A DNA stretch of 64,000 nt from IMG/VR virus record IMGVR_UViG_2716884858_000003, positions 32,001 to 96,000 of that record. One strand, given 5' to 3'. Positions 1 to 8,540 of the stretch are shown here, piece by piece. The notes under the pieces were generated by a model. It was not told the origin of the DNA. It was given only the letters and a program-made list of their open reading frames with translations, and searched no databases. This DNA is from a virus. Lineage: Duplodnaviria; Caudoviricetes. Both the position numbers and the translations under genes were made by a program. Each line of letters opens with the position of its first letter. The first letter of the stretch is position 1.

Positions 1-1
1 C

Positions 2-610
2 AACCGCTACCTGGAGGACGCCCTGGGCCGCACCGTGGAGTTCAACGGCGGCGTGGCCACCAGGGTCTGGATGGTGGACGGCGTCCCGACCCCGGCCGCC
101 GAGCAGGCCCCCGCCGAGGAGCCCGAGGCCCCGGCCGTCGAGGAGGCCCCGGAGGCGGACGACGCCCCCGTCGAGGAGGCCCCCGAGATGGCTGCCGCCC
201 CGGCCGGGCAGGTCCAGGTGACCGCCTACACCGCCGCCCGGGAGGCCCTGCATATCAACGGCCAGGACAACGACGACCGCACCCTGACCCTGGACGCCTC
301 CGCCGTCCAGGAGACCGTGGCCGCCATGCGCCGCGTGCCCCGCTGGAACGCCGCACAGGAGCGGTTCACGGTCAACAAGGTCGCGCTGATCGTGGCCCAG
401 GACGCCCAGGGGCAGCGCGTGTGGGTGCGCGGCGAGGCCGCCCCGATCCGGGTGGACCTCGCAGGCAACCCGGTCGCCGAGGACGCCCCCGCCGAGGTCG
501 GCACCGTGGACATGGCCGCCGTCCTGGCCGCCACCCGGGTGCTGCGCCGCCGCGCGGAGGTCCGGCGGGTCATCGACAACCGCACCGCCGCCCGCGCCGC
601 CAGCGCCTGA
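2..610 (+). CDS. Hypothetical protein with acidic Pro/Ala/Glu linker; frame is open from the window edge, so probably 5'-partial
   Basis: Open frame NRYLEDALGRTVEF... from nt 2; strong GC3 codon bias. Confidence 0.7.
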   Translation, partial: NRYLEDALGRTVEFNGGVATRVWMVDGVPTPAAEQAPAEEPEAPAVEEAPEADDAPVEEAPEMAAAPAGQVQVTAYTAAREALHINGQDNDDRTLTLDASAVQETVAAMRRVPRWNAAQERFTVNKVALIVAQDAQGQRVWVRGEAAPIRVDLAGNPVAEDAPAEVGTVDMAAVLAATRVLRRRAEVRRVIDNRTAARAASA

Positions 611-700
611 CCGACCGGCCCCGCCCAGGGGGACCGGGGCGCCGGCCGTTCCGGGGCCCTCGTACGACGCACGGGTGAACCGACCATGCAACCCCACAAA

Positions 701-728
701 GCAACTTGACATTGCAATGTAGAGTTGC
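701..728 (+). promoter_or_regulatory. Palindromic operator/promoter, copy 1
   Basis: GCAACTTGACATTGCAATGTAGAGTTGC; contains TTGACA and the palindrome ACATTGCAATGT; repeated at 2407 and 3924. Confidence 0.8.
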
Positions 729-785
729 GAGAGTGTGAGTGTCAGGACGGGCGAGGGGCCCGGACGGAACCGGAGGGACAGCGCA

Positions 786-1547
786 ATGAACACCACCGCC
801 AAGGCCGCGCAGCAGATCGCCCGCCTCGTTGAGGCCGAGGACGCCCTCACCACCGCCCGCCGCGAGGAGGCCCGCACCGCCAAGACGGCGGAGCGCGCCA
901 CCGCCCGCGCCAAGGCCGCCCGCGCCAAGGTCGCCCCCGCCCGCACCGAACTGCGCAAGGCGGAGCGCGCCGGTAAGGGCGTGGCCGCCGCCACCCGCCG
1001 CCTGGCTGCCCGCATGGCCAAGGCCGCCGACCTGGCCCAGACCGCCCGGGAGGCCCGCTACGCCGCCCGCCTGGCCGCCCGCGCCGCCACCACCGCCGCC
1101 CGCCGACTGGACCGCCTGGCCCTGCGCGCCGCCACCACCGCCACCCGCATGGTGGGCGAGGTCGCCCAGCGCATGGGCGAGCGCGTGGCCACCCCCGCCG
1201 CCGAGCAGGACAAGACCCTGCCGGTGGAGGAGCTGCCCGCGGTCGCCGACATCGAGCAGCGCGCGGAGCGCTTCAAGACCCTGGACACCGAGGCCAAGGC
1301 CAAGGCCAAGCTGGCCGACGCCGAGAAGAAGTGGCTCCGCCGCCTGCCCGTGGGCACCTACGGCCGCGTGACCGTCACCCGCACCAACGGCGGCACCGTC
1401 ATCGACGCCGACCAGGTCGCCGTGGACTACCTGGACAACGGCCTGGGAGTGCCCCCGCGCAAGGGCCGCAAGGACACCTTCAAGGTCGCCCTGGAGGCCC
1501 CGGCGGTCGAGACCGCCGACCACGTGGCCCTGGTGATCGCAGCCTGA
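786..1547 (+). CDS. Hypothetical Ala/Arg-rich coiled-coil protein
   Basis: ATG at 786 after GGAGGG; GC3 bias. Confidence 0.8.
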   Translation: MNTTAKAAQQIARLVEAEDALTTARREEARTAKTAERATARAKAARAKVAPARTELRKAERAGKGVAAATRRLAARMAKAADLAQTAREARYAARLAARAATTAARRLDRLALRAATTATRMVGEVAQRMGERVATPAAEQDKTLPVEELPAVADIEQRAERFKTLDTEAKAKAKLADAEKKWLRRLPVGTYGRVTVTRTNGGTVIDADQVAVDYLDNGLGVPPRKGRKDTFKVALEAPAVETADHVALVIAA

Positions 1548-1564
1548 CCCACAACCCCCACCCC

Positions 1565-1588
1565 GCCGGGCACCGTACGGTGCCCGGC
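1565..1588 (+). terminator. Intergenic hairpin
   Basis: Perfect palindrome GCCGGGCACCGTACGGTGCCCGGC just after the stop codon. Confidence 0.6.
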
Positions 1589-1614
1589 CCCACCGAAGGA
1601 ACGGAGCACACCCC

Positions 1615-2040
1615 ATGTCGATCCTGCCCCGCTACACCCCCGAGGTTCACCTGACCGCCCTCCGCGAGGAGCTGACCGCCGCCGGCATCGAGCTGGGCCC
1701 CGTCAAGCCGGGCACCCGCGTGACCCGCGTCGTGGACCACGGCGGAATCCGCTGGGAGCTGACGTTCCTCGGAGACCGCTACGGGTGGGCCCTGCGCGGC
1801 CCCGGCATTGAGCACGGCGTGGGCATGGACGCCCCGGAGGCCGCCGAGCGCATCGCCGCCGCCGCCCTGGATGCCGAGGAGCCCGGCATCCCGGCACCGG
1901 CCACCTGGCGCGGCGTGCCCGTGCCCGAGGAGTACGCCACCCGCTGGGACAGCCCGGCCGCCGTCGCCTGGCGAGAGGGAGCAGGCGCCGCCCTGGCCGT
2001 CGCCAAGCTGACCGCCGTCGCCGCCCAGGGTGACAGCTGA
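1615..2040 (+). CDS. Hypothetical protein, 141 aa
   Basis: RBS GGAACGGAG; GC3 bias. Confidence 0.8.
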   Translation: MSILPRYTPEVHLTALREELTAAGIELGPVKPGTRVTRVVDHGGIRWELTFLGDRYGWALRGPGIEHGVGMDAPEAAERIAAAALDAEEPGIPAPATWRGVPVPEEYATRWDSPAAVAWREGAGAALAVAKLTAVAAQGDS

Positions 2041-2056
2041 CCCCCGCCCCCACCGC

Positions 2057-2081
2057 CCGGGCGCACCCGATAGGCGCCCGG
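2057..2081 (+). repeat. Conserved-loop hairpin (ACCCGAT loop), copy 1
   Basis: CCGGGCGC-ACCCGATAG-GCGCCCGG. Confidence 0.75.
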
Positions 2082-2105
2082 CCCCCCACGGAAGGAGCCA
2101 CCGCC

Positions 2106-2288
2106 ATGGCCGCACCTGCCCTGTACGGAGTCGCCGCCCGCTCCGTCGCCACCGGCGACCTGATCACCTGCGACTCCGCGTTCGACCTGGAGGACCTGCC
2201 TGCCCTGCTGGAGGGCTACCGCATCCGCTACGCGGACCGCGACGACGTGCTGATCGACCTGGACACCACCCCCCTGGCCGCCAACTGA
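2106..2288 (+). CDS. Small acidic hypothetical protein, 60 aa
   Basis: RBS AAGGAG; GC3 bias. Confidence 0.75.
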   Translation: MAAPALYGVAARSVATGDLITCDSAFDLEDLPALLEGYRIRYADRDDVLIDLDTTPLAAN

Positions 2289-2300
2289 CCCCACCCACCC

Positions 2301-2341
2301 GGGCCGGGGCGGGCGCACCCGATGGGCGCCCGCCCCGGCCC
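2301..2341 (+). repeat. Conserved-loop hairpin, copy 2
   Basis: 16-bp stem GGGCCGGGGCGGGCGC with loop ACCCGATGG. Confidence 0.75.
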
Positions 2342-2406
2342 CTGCTGCTGGAGGCCCCTGGGTGACCCGCAGGGGTGAACCTCTCGCCATGCGGCACGCA
2401 CTCCAC

Positions 2407-2440
2407 ATTGCAACTTGACATTGCAATGTCGAGTTGCAAT
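2407..2440 (+). promoter_or_regulatory. Palindromic operator/promoter, copy 2
   Basis: ATTGCAACTTGACATTGCAATGTCGAGTTGCAAT, a near-perfect 34-bp palindrome with three TTGCAA units at 13-bp spacing. Confidence 0.85.
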
Positions 2441-2496
2441 CATGGCGAACACCGGGAAGGGCGCAGGGCCCGACCGGAACCCCCCAGGAGCACCAG

Positions 2497-3012
2497 ATGG
2501 CCGCCACCACCGCCGCCCGCACCGCCACCCCGTACGCGTACCGCCAGTGCGCCGCCCGCGCCCGCGACCTAGCGGACATCCTCCGCACCCGCCTGGACGG
2601 CCACCCCCACCGCAGCGAGCTGCTGGTGTTCATCGGCCACCTGCACACCGCCGCCGAGGGGTTCGAGACCGCCGAGCCCCTGGTCATGGACGGCGTGACG
2701 ATCCCCAACGTCGCCCCCGCCGAGGGCCACCTGCCCCTGCTCATGGCCGCCGGCCACGCCGCCGACCACCCGGAGGTCGGCATCTCGGAGGCCGTGTTCG
2801 CCTACGTCACCGCCCCCGTCACCCGCCGCACCTACCGCCTGGAGCCGCTGACCGGCGGCGGCCTCGAGGACGCCGAGCTGCGCACCCGCATCGCCCTGGC
2901 GGAGCACGACCTGGCCACCGAGGGCGACCCCACCACCCGCTACGCCCTCCTGGCCACCCTCGTGCAGCTCCACGGCGACCACCTCGCCCGCGGCGGCCAG
3001 GTCGCCGCCTGA
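2497..3012 (+). CDS. Hypothetical protein
   Basis: ATG at 2497 after AGGAG; GC3 bias. Confidence 0.8.
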   Translation: MAATTAARTATPYAYRQCAARARDLADILRTRLDGHPHRSELLVFIGHLHTAAEGFETAEPLVMDGVTIPNVAPAEGHLPLLMAAGHAADHPEVGISEAVFAYVTAPVTRRTYRLEPLTGGGLEDAELRTRIALAEHDLATEGDPTTRYALLATLVQLHGDHLARGGQVAA

Positions 3013-3025
3013 CCCGCCCCCGTCA

Positions 3026-3054
3026 GGCCGGGCGCACCCGATATGCGCCCGGCC
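3026..3054 (+). repeat. Conserved-loop hairpin, copy 3
   Basis: GGCCGGGCGCA-CCCGATA-TGCGCCCGGCC. Confidence 0.75.
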
Positions 3055-3097
3055 CCCGGCCCCACTCCCCAGCGCCACCAGGAACGGAGCACCACCC

Positions 3098-3835
3098 ATG
3101 CGCTATTACGCCACCGCCCAGAACATCGGCGGCCGGGCCGTCCAGTGCGACGCCGCCGCCGTGCACACCGCCCCTGGGGGCGCACGCGCCTACGTCTTGC
3201 TTGACGGCATCGGTGACAAGCCGCACGTGCGCGACTGGACCCGCACCGCCGCCCGCCGCCTCGCCCGCAGCGCCGCCCAGCTCCTCGACGCCGCCGCCGG
3301 CCTGCGCGGGGAATACATCCGCTACGCCGCCGAGCCGGACCGCCACGGCCCCCGGGGAGCGGGCCCCATGGCGTGCGCCGTCGTGGCCGTCGAGGCCCCT
3401 GGCCGGCCGCTCACCGTCGCCTGGTGCGGCGACGTGCGCGCCTACTGGCTCGTGCGCGGCACCCTGCGCTGCCTCACCCAGGACCACAACCTGCGCCGCG
3501 TGTTCCCGCCCTGCGAGACGTACCCGGCGGGCGGCAGTCGCCACGCGGTCACCAGCTGCCTCGGCTCCGTCAATGGCGACGAGGAGCTGATGCGCGAGGT
3601 CCGGCACCCGGCCATCGAGACGGCCGCCATCGGCGCCGAGCGCGGGCGCCTGCTGCTCGCCTGCGACGGCGCATACGAGCCCCACGAGGACGCCGGACAC
3701 CAGCTCTCCGACCTGCTGTACGGCCCGCCCGCCGAGGCCGCCCGCCGCGTCGTCAACGACGCCGTGGCCACCGCCCTGACCGTCACCCACCGGCCGGACA
3801 ACGCCACCGCCCTGGTGGCCGACCTGTACGTGTAA
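3098..3835 (+). CDS. PP2C/PPM-family Ser/Thr protein phosphatase
   Basis: Motifs LLDGIG, AWCGDVRAY, LTQDHN, LLACDG and DNATA. Confidence 0.85.
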   Translation: MRYYATAQNIGGRAVQCDAAAVHTAPGGARAYVLLDGIGDKPHVRDWTRTAARRLARSAAQLLDAAAGLRGEYIRYAAEPDRHGPRGAGPMACAVVAVEAPGRPLTVAWCGDVRAYWLVRGTLRCLTQDHNLRRVFPPCETYPAGGSRHAVTSCLGSVNGDEELMREVRHPAIETAAIGAERGRLLLACDGAYEPHEDAGHQLSDLLYGPPAEAARRVVNDAVATALTVTHRPDNATALVADLYV

Positions 3836-3847
3836 CCGCAGGCCGGA

Positions 3848-3896
3848 CGATGTCCGGACGCGTCCGCCCCCTGTTCTGGGACGCGTCCGGACATCG
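3848..3896 (+). terminator. 18-bp inverted repeat
   Basis: CGATGTCCGGACGCGTCC ... GGACGCGTCCGGACATCG after the PP2C stop. Confidence 0.65.
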
Positions 3897-3923
3897 GCCC
3901 GGGGTGGCGCGCCCGACACCCAT

Positions 3924-3960
3924 ATTGCAACTTGACATTGCAATATGGAGTTGCCAATAT
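3924..3960 (+). promoter_or_regulatory. Palindromic operator/promoter, copy 3
   Basis: ATTGCAACTTGACATTGCAATATGGAGTTGCCAATAT; TTGACA-17 bp-CAATAT. Confidence 0.8.
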
Positions 3961-4009
3961 GGATCACGTGAGGGAGGGCAAACGGCCCGACCGGAACGGA
4001 GCGAACGCC

Positions 4010-4186
4010 ATGAATACCTACACCGTCGGCCAGCGCGTACGGATCACCGTCGACCTGGACCCCGAGAAGTACCCGATCGGCACCGAGACCACCGTCACCG
4101 GCCACTGTGACCTGAGCGGCTTCCCGTGCATCACCCTCGGCGGCCAGACCGTGACCATGATCCCCGGCCACCTCCTCCCCGCCTGA
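4010..4186 (+). CDS. Small beta-rich (SH3/KOW-like) protein, 58 aa
   Basis: MNTYTVGQRVRITV...; RBS GGAACGGAG. Confidence 0.7.
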   Translation: MNTYTVGQRVRITVDLDPEKYPIGTETTVTGHCDLSGFPCITLGGQTVTMIPGHLLPA

Positions 4187-4198
4187 CCCAACGCCAGG

Positions 4199-4233
4199 CG
4201 CCGGGGGCCGCACCCGATATGCGGCCCCCGGCG
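4199..4233 (+). repeat. Conserved-loop hairpin, copy 4
   Basis: CGCCGGGGGCCGCA-CCCGATA-TGCGGCCCCCGGCG. Confidence 0.75.
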
Positions 4234-4283
4234 TTCACCCACCGAGACCGGCCACCAGCCACAGGCCCCCGAAAGGAACCCCG

Positions 4284-4535
4284 ATGCGCCTGCGCTACTC
4301 GATCCCACTGCCCGGCCCGTTCTCCGTCGGCGGAGGCGTCAACCTCGGCGGCGGGGGTAAGGCGCTCGGCTACCTGTTCGTGCTCCCGATCATGCTCCTG
4401 CCCTACCTGCTGCTGGGCGAGGCGTGGCTGATGTGGTGGTGCCTCAAGCCCTGGTACATCGCCGGCGTGCTCGTACACCGCAAGGTCACCGGCCGGCCCA
4501 CGCCCATCTGGCGCTCCCGCAACGGCTGGTGGTAA
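4284..4535 (+). CDS. Small membrane protein, 83 aa
   Basis: Hydrophobic segment LGYLFVLPIMLLPYLLLG; RBS AAAGGA. Confidence 0.75.
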   Translation: MRLRYSIPLPGPFSVGGGVNLGGGGKALGYLFVLPIMLLPYLLLGEAWLMWWCLKPWYIAGVLVHRKVTGRPTPIWRSRNGWW

Positions 4536-4544
4536 CCCGCCCCC

Positions 4545-4676
4545 GGACACCGGCCGGACAACCCCGGCCGGACACGCCGGACACGACCTGACCAGCACCG
4601 ACGACCCACCAACGGACACGGGGCGGACACGCCCGCCCCACGTCCCGGACACCCGCCCCGGACACGTCTGGGACAC
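4545..4676 (+). repeat. GGACAC direct-repeat cluster
   Basis: Eight GGACAC plus one GGACAA in about 130 bp of intergenic DNA, all on the same strand. Confidence 0.75.
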
Positions 4677-4794
4677 CGCCCGCCCAGGCCGCCCCCTCCG
4701 GCCCGGGCGGGCCCTCGTCGTCCCCAGGAGCCACCTCGCCGCCCGGCGTACCCTGCTCCGCTGCCCAAGCAGCCCCCGAGCAGGGACAACGCCC

Positions 4795-5649
4795 ATGAGC
4801 CAGGCCACCTACGACCGCACCGCCGACGTGCCCCTCGGCGACCTCCGCCCGTTCCCGGGCAACGCCCGCCGCGGCGACCCGGCCGTCATCCTGCAAAGCC
4901 TGGTCCGCACCGGGCAGTTCCGCAGCCTCATCGTGCGCGACACCGGCGACAGCCTGGTGGTCCTCGCCGGTAACCACACCCTCCAGGCCCTGCTGGCCCA
5001 CGGCCCCGGCCCTTGCGGCATGACCACGACCGTGGACGGTGCGGAGCTGCCCTGCGCCCTGTGCGGCGGCCAGGAGTGGGCGCCCGCCGCGCGCTGCGAG
5101 ATCGTCACCTGTGACGACGCGACGGCGACCCGCATCAACCTCGTGGACAACCGGTCGGCGGAGCTGGGCGGGTGGGATGAGCAGGCGCTGGCGGAGCTGA
5201 TCGCCGGACTGGACGGCGACCTGGACGGCACCGGCTACACGGACGCCGACCTGGCCGACCTGGTGGCCGCCATCGAGGAGGCGTACGAGGAGGAGCCCGA
5301 GGAGGAGCAGCCGGCCCCGGCCGGGAACGCCGCACCGGCGGAGCCGGCCACCTCGAGCGCCGCCCCGGCCAGCGGCGACACCATCCCCGAGGGCCCGGCC
5401 CCCGGCACCGTCGCCCCGCCCATGCCGGACGGCACCCGCTCCATGCTGCTCACGTACCCGGCCGCCGACCGCGACGAGGCGGCCCGCCTGGTCGTCGCCG
5501 CCCGCGAGGTGTTCCCGGCCGAGGACGCCGCCGTCATCGTGCTGCGCGCCCTGCGCACCCTCGTGGCCGTCCTGGACTCCCGCCACGCCCACGACGGCGT
5601 GGTCACCGTGGCGGCCCTGCTGCGCGCCGCAGGGGCCCCAGAGTCATGA
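4795..5649 (+). CDS. ParB/Srx N-terminal-domain protein, paralog 1
   Basis: PFPGNARRGD, VVLAGNHT, DNRSAELG; Cys-rich insert. Confidence 0.85.
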   Translation: MSQATYDRTADVPLGDLRPFPGNARRGDPAVILQSLVRTGQFRSLIVRDTGDSLVVLAGNHTLQALLAHGPGPCGMTTTVDGAELPCALCGGQEWAPAARCEIVTCDDATATRINLVDNRSAELGGWDEQALAELIAGLDGDLDGTGYTDADLADLVAAIEEAYEEEPEEEQPAPAGNAAPAEPATSSAAPASGDTIPEGPAPGTVAPPMPDGTRSMLLTYPAADRDEAARLVVAAREVFPAEDAAVIVLRALRTLVAVLDSRHAHDGVVTVAALLRAAGAPES

Positions 5650-5828
5650 GCACGGCCGTCGACCTGGCCCCGCCTCGTCGGCGCCGCTCGCGCCGCCCTG
5701 AGCGCCTGCTGACCCAGAACAGCGAACTCCGGGACGAGGGCATTTGGAACTGGACGCTCCCGGCGCTGGCCACCCGGCTGCGAGACGGACGCACCGTCAA
5801 GACCTGTCCGGCTGCTGGGGTCTGCGTG
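5646..5828 (+). pseudogene. Truncated Gp88-like (phage CxxxxxC) gene
   Basis: LLTQNSELR..GIWNWTLPA...TCPAAGVC resembles the Gp88-family N-terminus; codon bias collapses immediately after, at the defence-island edge. Confidence 0.6.
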
Positions 5829-6090
5829 TCGCGTATCGCTGCAGATGCCGTGTCCCCCGCATGTGTGTCGCTTTACGCGGGACCGGAGCCCCGATGCGCC
5901 AACTCGCCATGGAGGATCAAGGTGTCTCATTCCTTCTCTGGCCTGTGGTCGAGATCACACTGCGCGGCGACAGGGCCCAGCTGCTCGATGTCCACTGGCT
6001 GATTCGGTGGTCCACCACGCTGACAGGCTTCGAAAAATACGGCAGCAGGTGCACTCGGCGTGGAGCGGCCGCCGAATGTCGAGTGCCCGG

Positions 6091-8061
6091 CTACTCGTCC
6101 TCGTCGTCGATCGGTTCAGTGATCCACTCCGGAGGTACGAGGGCCTGGCTGTTGCTGTAGCGCCAGCGCTCGACGACGTGGTCACGGAAGAGCGGATCGG
6201 CCAGGTCGGCGTGCTCGACGACGATGACCTGGAGCGCGCCGTCGAGCGCCTGGACGGTGTCATTGATGGTCCGGTAGATATCCAGCAGGTGGCTGAGGTC
6301 AGTCCCCTGGGGTGTGGGCTCGCCGGTGTAGTCGGGCGGGAAGTACACCTGGGACGGCTGGTCGAGGATCAGCGTCCGCGGGACGGGTCCGCGGTGCTCG
6401 CTGAACCACTCGTGCAGGCTCAGCAGCGTGGCGACGTGGTAGCCCAGGTGGTTCTCGGCGCTGCCCATGTCGGCGAGTCGGACGGGACCGTCGGCCGTGT
6501 CGGCGACGACAGTCAGCCGGTTGACGTCGAGGCGGATGGGCGCGTCCGAGTGGTCGAGCTCCAGCGCGGCAGCCTTGGTGCGGATGTTCTGGCTGATCAG
6601 GGACAGGTAACTGGTGAGCCGGTCGCCCTGGGTGTCGTCGCTCAGGAGCTCTTCCAGCTCAGCGATCTGTTGCTGGAGGGCGTCGCGGCGGTCTTCGACC
6701 TGCGGGGCACTCACATGCTGGGCAGTGGTGTCGAGGTAAAGGCTGATACGGCCGCGCACATGGGCGGCCCGCTGCGCCTGGTCCGGCTCCTGCTGCAGCG
6801 CGCGCAGCCCGGCGCTGATCTCGTTGATTTCGTCCTGGCTGCGGGAGAGCGCCGCGCGCAGTTGCTGTAGCTGCTCCTCCTCCAGGGCCATCTGGCGTTG
6901 CAGGGCGGGTGTGTCGCTGCCGATCACCTGTAGATCGCCGTCGAGGCGTTCGAGGTCGTGCATGATCGTCGCCACCGTGGTGTTGGCCGAGGCGATCGGG
7001 CTTTCGCACACCGGGCACTGCGCGGCCTGGGAGGTGTCTGGGGACAGTCGCATCAACCCGAGAGACGCGAGACGCCGGCGCTGCTCTCTTGCCTCGCCCG
7101 CGAAGTCGTCATTCTCCTCGACCGCGCGCTTGAGGTCGGCGATGCGGGCCCGGGACTGCCCGACGGCGCGCCGCAGTTGGGCACGCCGGCCGATGGCGGC
7201 GGTCAACGGGTCGCCGTCGTTGTCCGGTCGGGACTCCAGCTCTAGCCGGATGCTGCCTTCCAGGGCGAACCGCAGAAGGCCAAGGATCTCCTCCGCCGTC
7301 GGCTCGCTGTCGCGGTGCGGTACAAGCCCTGCCTCGACCGCCTCGGTGAGCAGTGCTCGGGCCTGGCCCGACGCTGGGCCGAGGTCGCGGGCCTGGGCGA
7401 GTTTGGCTTCAAGGTCGGAAAGGTCCCGGCGCAGGAGCCGCAGCCGGTTGCGCAGCGCTGCCTGTTCGGGGTCGACGGCGCCGAGGAAGTACGGAATCAC
7501 ACCCCGGATGGTGTTCGGTCGCCACTCCTCACCTTGGGAGTGGAACAGCAGGTCGGGGTTGGCGACCTCGTTCTGTGCCTGGAAGCAGAAGTACAGCGCG
7601 TGGCGGATCGACGGAGCGATGGTCTGGGCGCGGGCGACCGCGGGCACCTTGATGGTGCGGTCGATGCCGCAGAAGTCGCTGAGGATGTCCTTGGCGGTGT
7701 CCAGGGGCGTCGCGAAGGTCAGCTCCTCCAGCGGGGGAGGCGGGGTCTCTGGGGCCTGGGACAGGACACACAGCACGGTGCTCACGGCGTTCCCCGGCTC
7801 CGGGGCGCGCCGGGCGACGAAGAGCTGCTGGTCGGGCTTCGCCAGGGTGACGGCGTAGGCGCCCACGTACTTGCGGACCTTGCCGGCCTTGACGGGGTAG
7901 TCGGAGCTAGCCAGGCAGTAGTCGATGATGGTCAGCAGCGCGCTCTTCCCGCGCCGGGAGTCGCCCGTGACGATGTTCAGGGTGCCGGTGTGGAACGGGA
8001 CCGTGCGGACCTGTCCGGGCTGCTTGCCGTAGACGGTGACCGCTTGGATCTGAAAGGTCAC
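6091..8061 (-). CDS. lmuB: Lamassu LmuB / ABC-3C SMC-like ATPase (DUF3732 type)
   Basis: Walker A GDSRRGKS, coiled coil with CPVC hook, MGSAENHLGYH, Walker B LILDQPSQVYFP, VVEH; GTG at 8061 overlaps the upstream stop. Confidence 0.85.
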   Translation of the reverse strand: MTFQIQAVTVYGKQPGQVRTVPFHTGTLNIVTGDSRRGKSALLTIIDYCLASSDYPVKAGKVRKYVGAYAVTLAKPDQQLFVARRAPEPGNAVSTVLCVLSQAPETPPPPLEELTFATPLDTAKDILSDFCGIDRTIKVPAVARAQTIAPSIRHALYFCFQAQNEVANPDLLFHSQGEEWRPNTIRGVIPYFLGAVDPEQAALRNRLRLLRRDLSDLEAKLAQARDLGPASGQARALLTEAVEAGLVPHRDSEPTAEEILGLLRFALEGSIRLELESRPDNDGDPLTAAIGRRAQLRRAVGQSRARIADLKRAVEENDDFAGEAREQRRRLASLGLMRLSPDTSQAAQCPVCESPIASANTTVATIMHDLERLDGDLQVIGSDTPALQRQMALEEEQLQQLRAALSRSQDEINEISAGLRALQQEPDQAQRAAHVRGRISLYLDTTAQHVSAPQVEDRRDALQQQIAELEELLSDDTQGDRLTSYLSLISQNIRTKAAALELDHSDAPIRLDVNRLTVVADTADGPVRLADMGSAENHLGYHVATLLSLHEWFSEHRGPVPRTLILDQPSQVYFPPDYTGEPTPQGTDLSHLLDIYRTINDTVQALDGALQVIVVEHADLADPLFRDHVVERWRYSNSQALVPPEWITEPIDDEDE

Positions 8062-8540
8062 GCTTGGACTCCCAGGAGCGTCAGGACGGTGCTGATGCTG
8101 CCGGTGCTGGGCAGCCAGCGCCCGAGTTGGTGGGCGGCTTTCTGGATCGCGGTGTTCTGTTCGGGGCCGTCCTTGAGGGCCGTCACGGCCCGTGGCTTCA
8201 CCGTCAGCCCGGAGCCTTGAAGCCTGAGCACATCGCTCTGAAGGGCGAAGAGCAGGCCTGGTCGCACGACGGTGGCGAGGGCGGCGGCGTTGAGACCCAT
8301 GGCCACGCGGACGGCCTCGTTCTCGTCGAGCCAGTTCATCAGCCCGGTGCGGAGGGTGGCGGGCAGCGCCGTCCGGATAGACGGCTGGAGAGCCATAACC
8401 GCGGCGGTCACTGCGACTGGAAGCGGGCAGGCGGAGCGGTACTGCTTCTCGTAGCCCTGCACAGCCCGGACGCACACGAGTGCTGTGAAGGCCGGGTTGA
8501 ACAGTGCGCGCTCCTCGCGGCTGAGGTCACGCTCGGCCAT
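8058..8540 (-). CDS. lmuC: ABC-3C middle component (LmuC-like)
   Basis: 160 aa, LFNPAF motif, lies between effector and ATPase with overlapping start/stop codons. Confidence 0.75.
   Translation of the reverse strand: MAERDLSREERALFNPAFTALVCVRAVQGYEKQYRSACPLPVAVTAAVMALQPSIRTALPATLRTGLMNWLDENEAVRVAMGLNAAALATVVRPGLLFALQSDVLRLQGSGLTVKPRAVTALKDGPEQNTAIQKAAHQLGRWLPSTGSISTVLTLLGVQA

Noticed and set aside
700-4233. CRISPR array from the repeated palindromes
   Set aside because: The repeats are separated by whole genes of hundreds of bp, not 30-40-nt spacers, and no cas genes are seen
5845-8220. Long + strand ORFs (341, 344 and 301 aa)
   Set aside because: Antisense shadows of lmuB, with no motifs
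8062-8475. N-terminal extension of the 794-aa ORF
   Set aside because: It overlaps the middle-component gene; the real start is the coupled GTG at 8061
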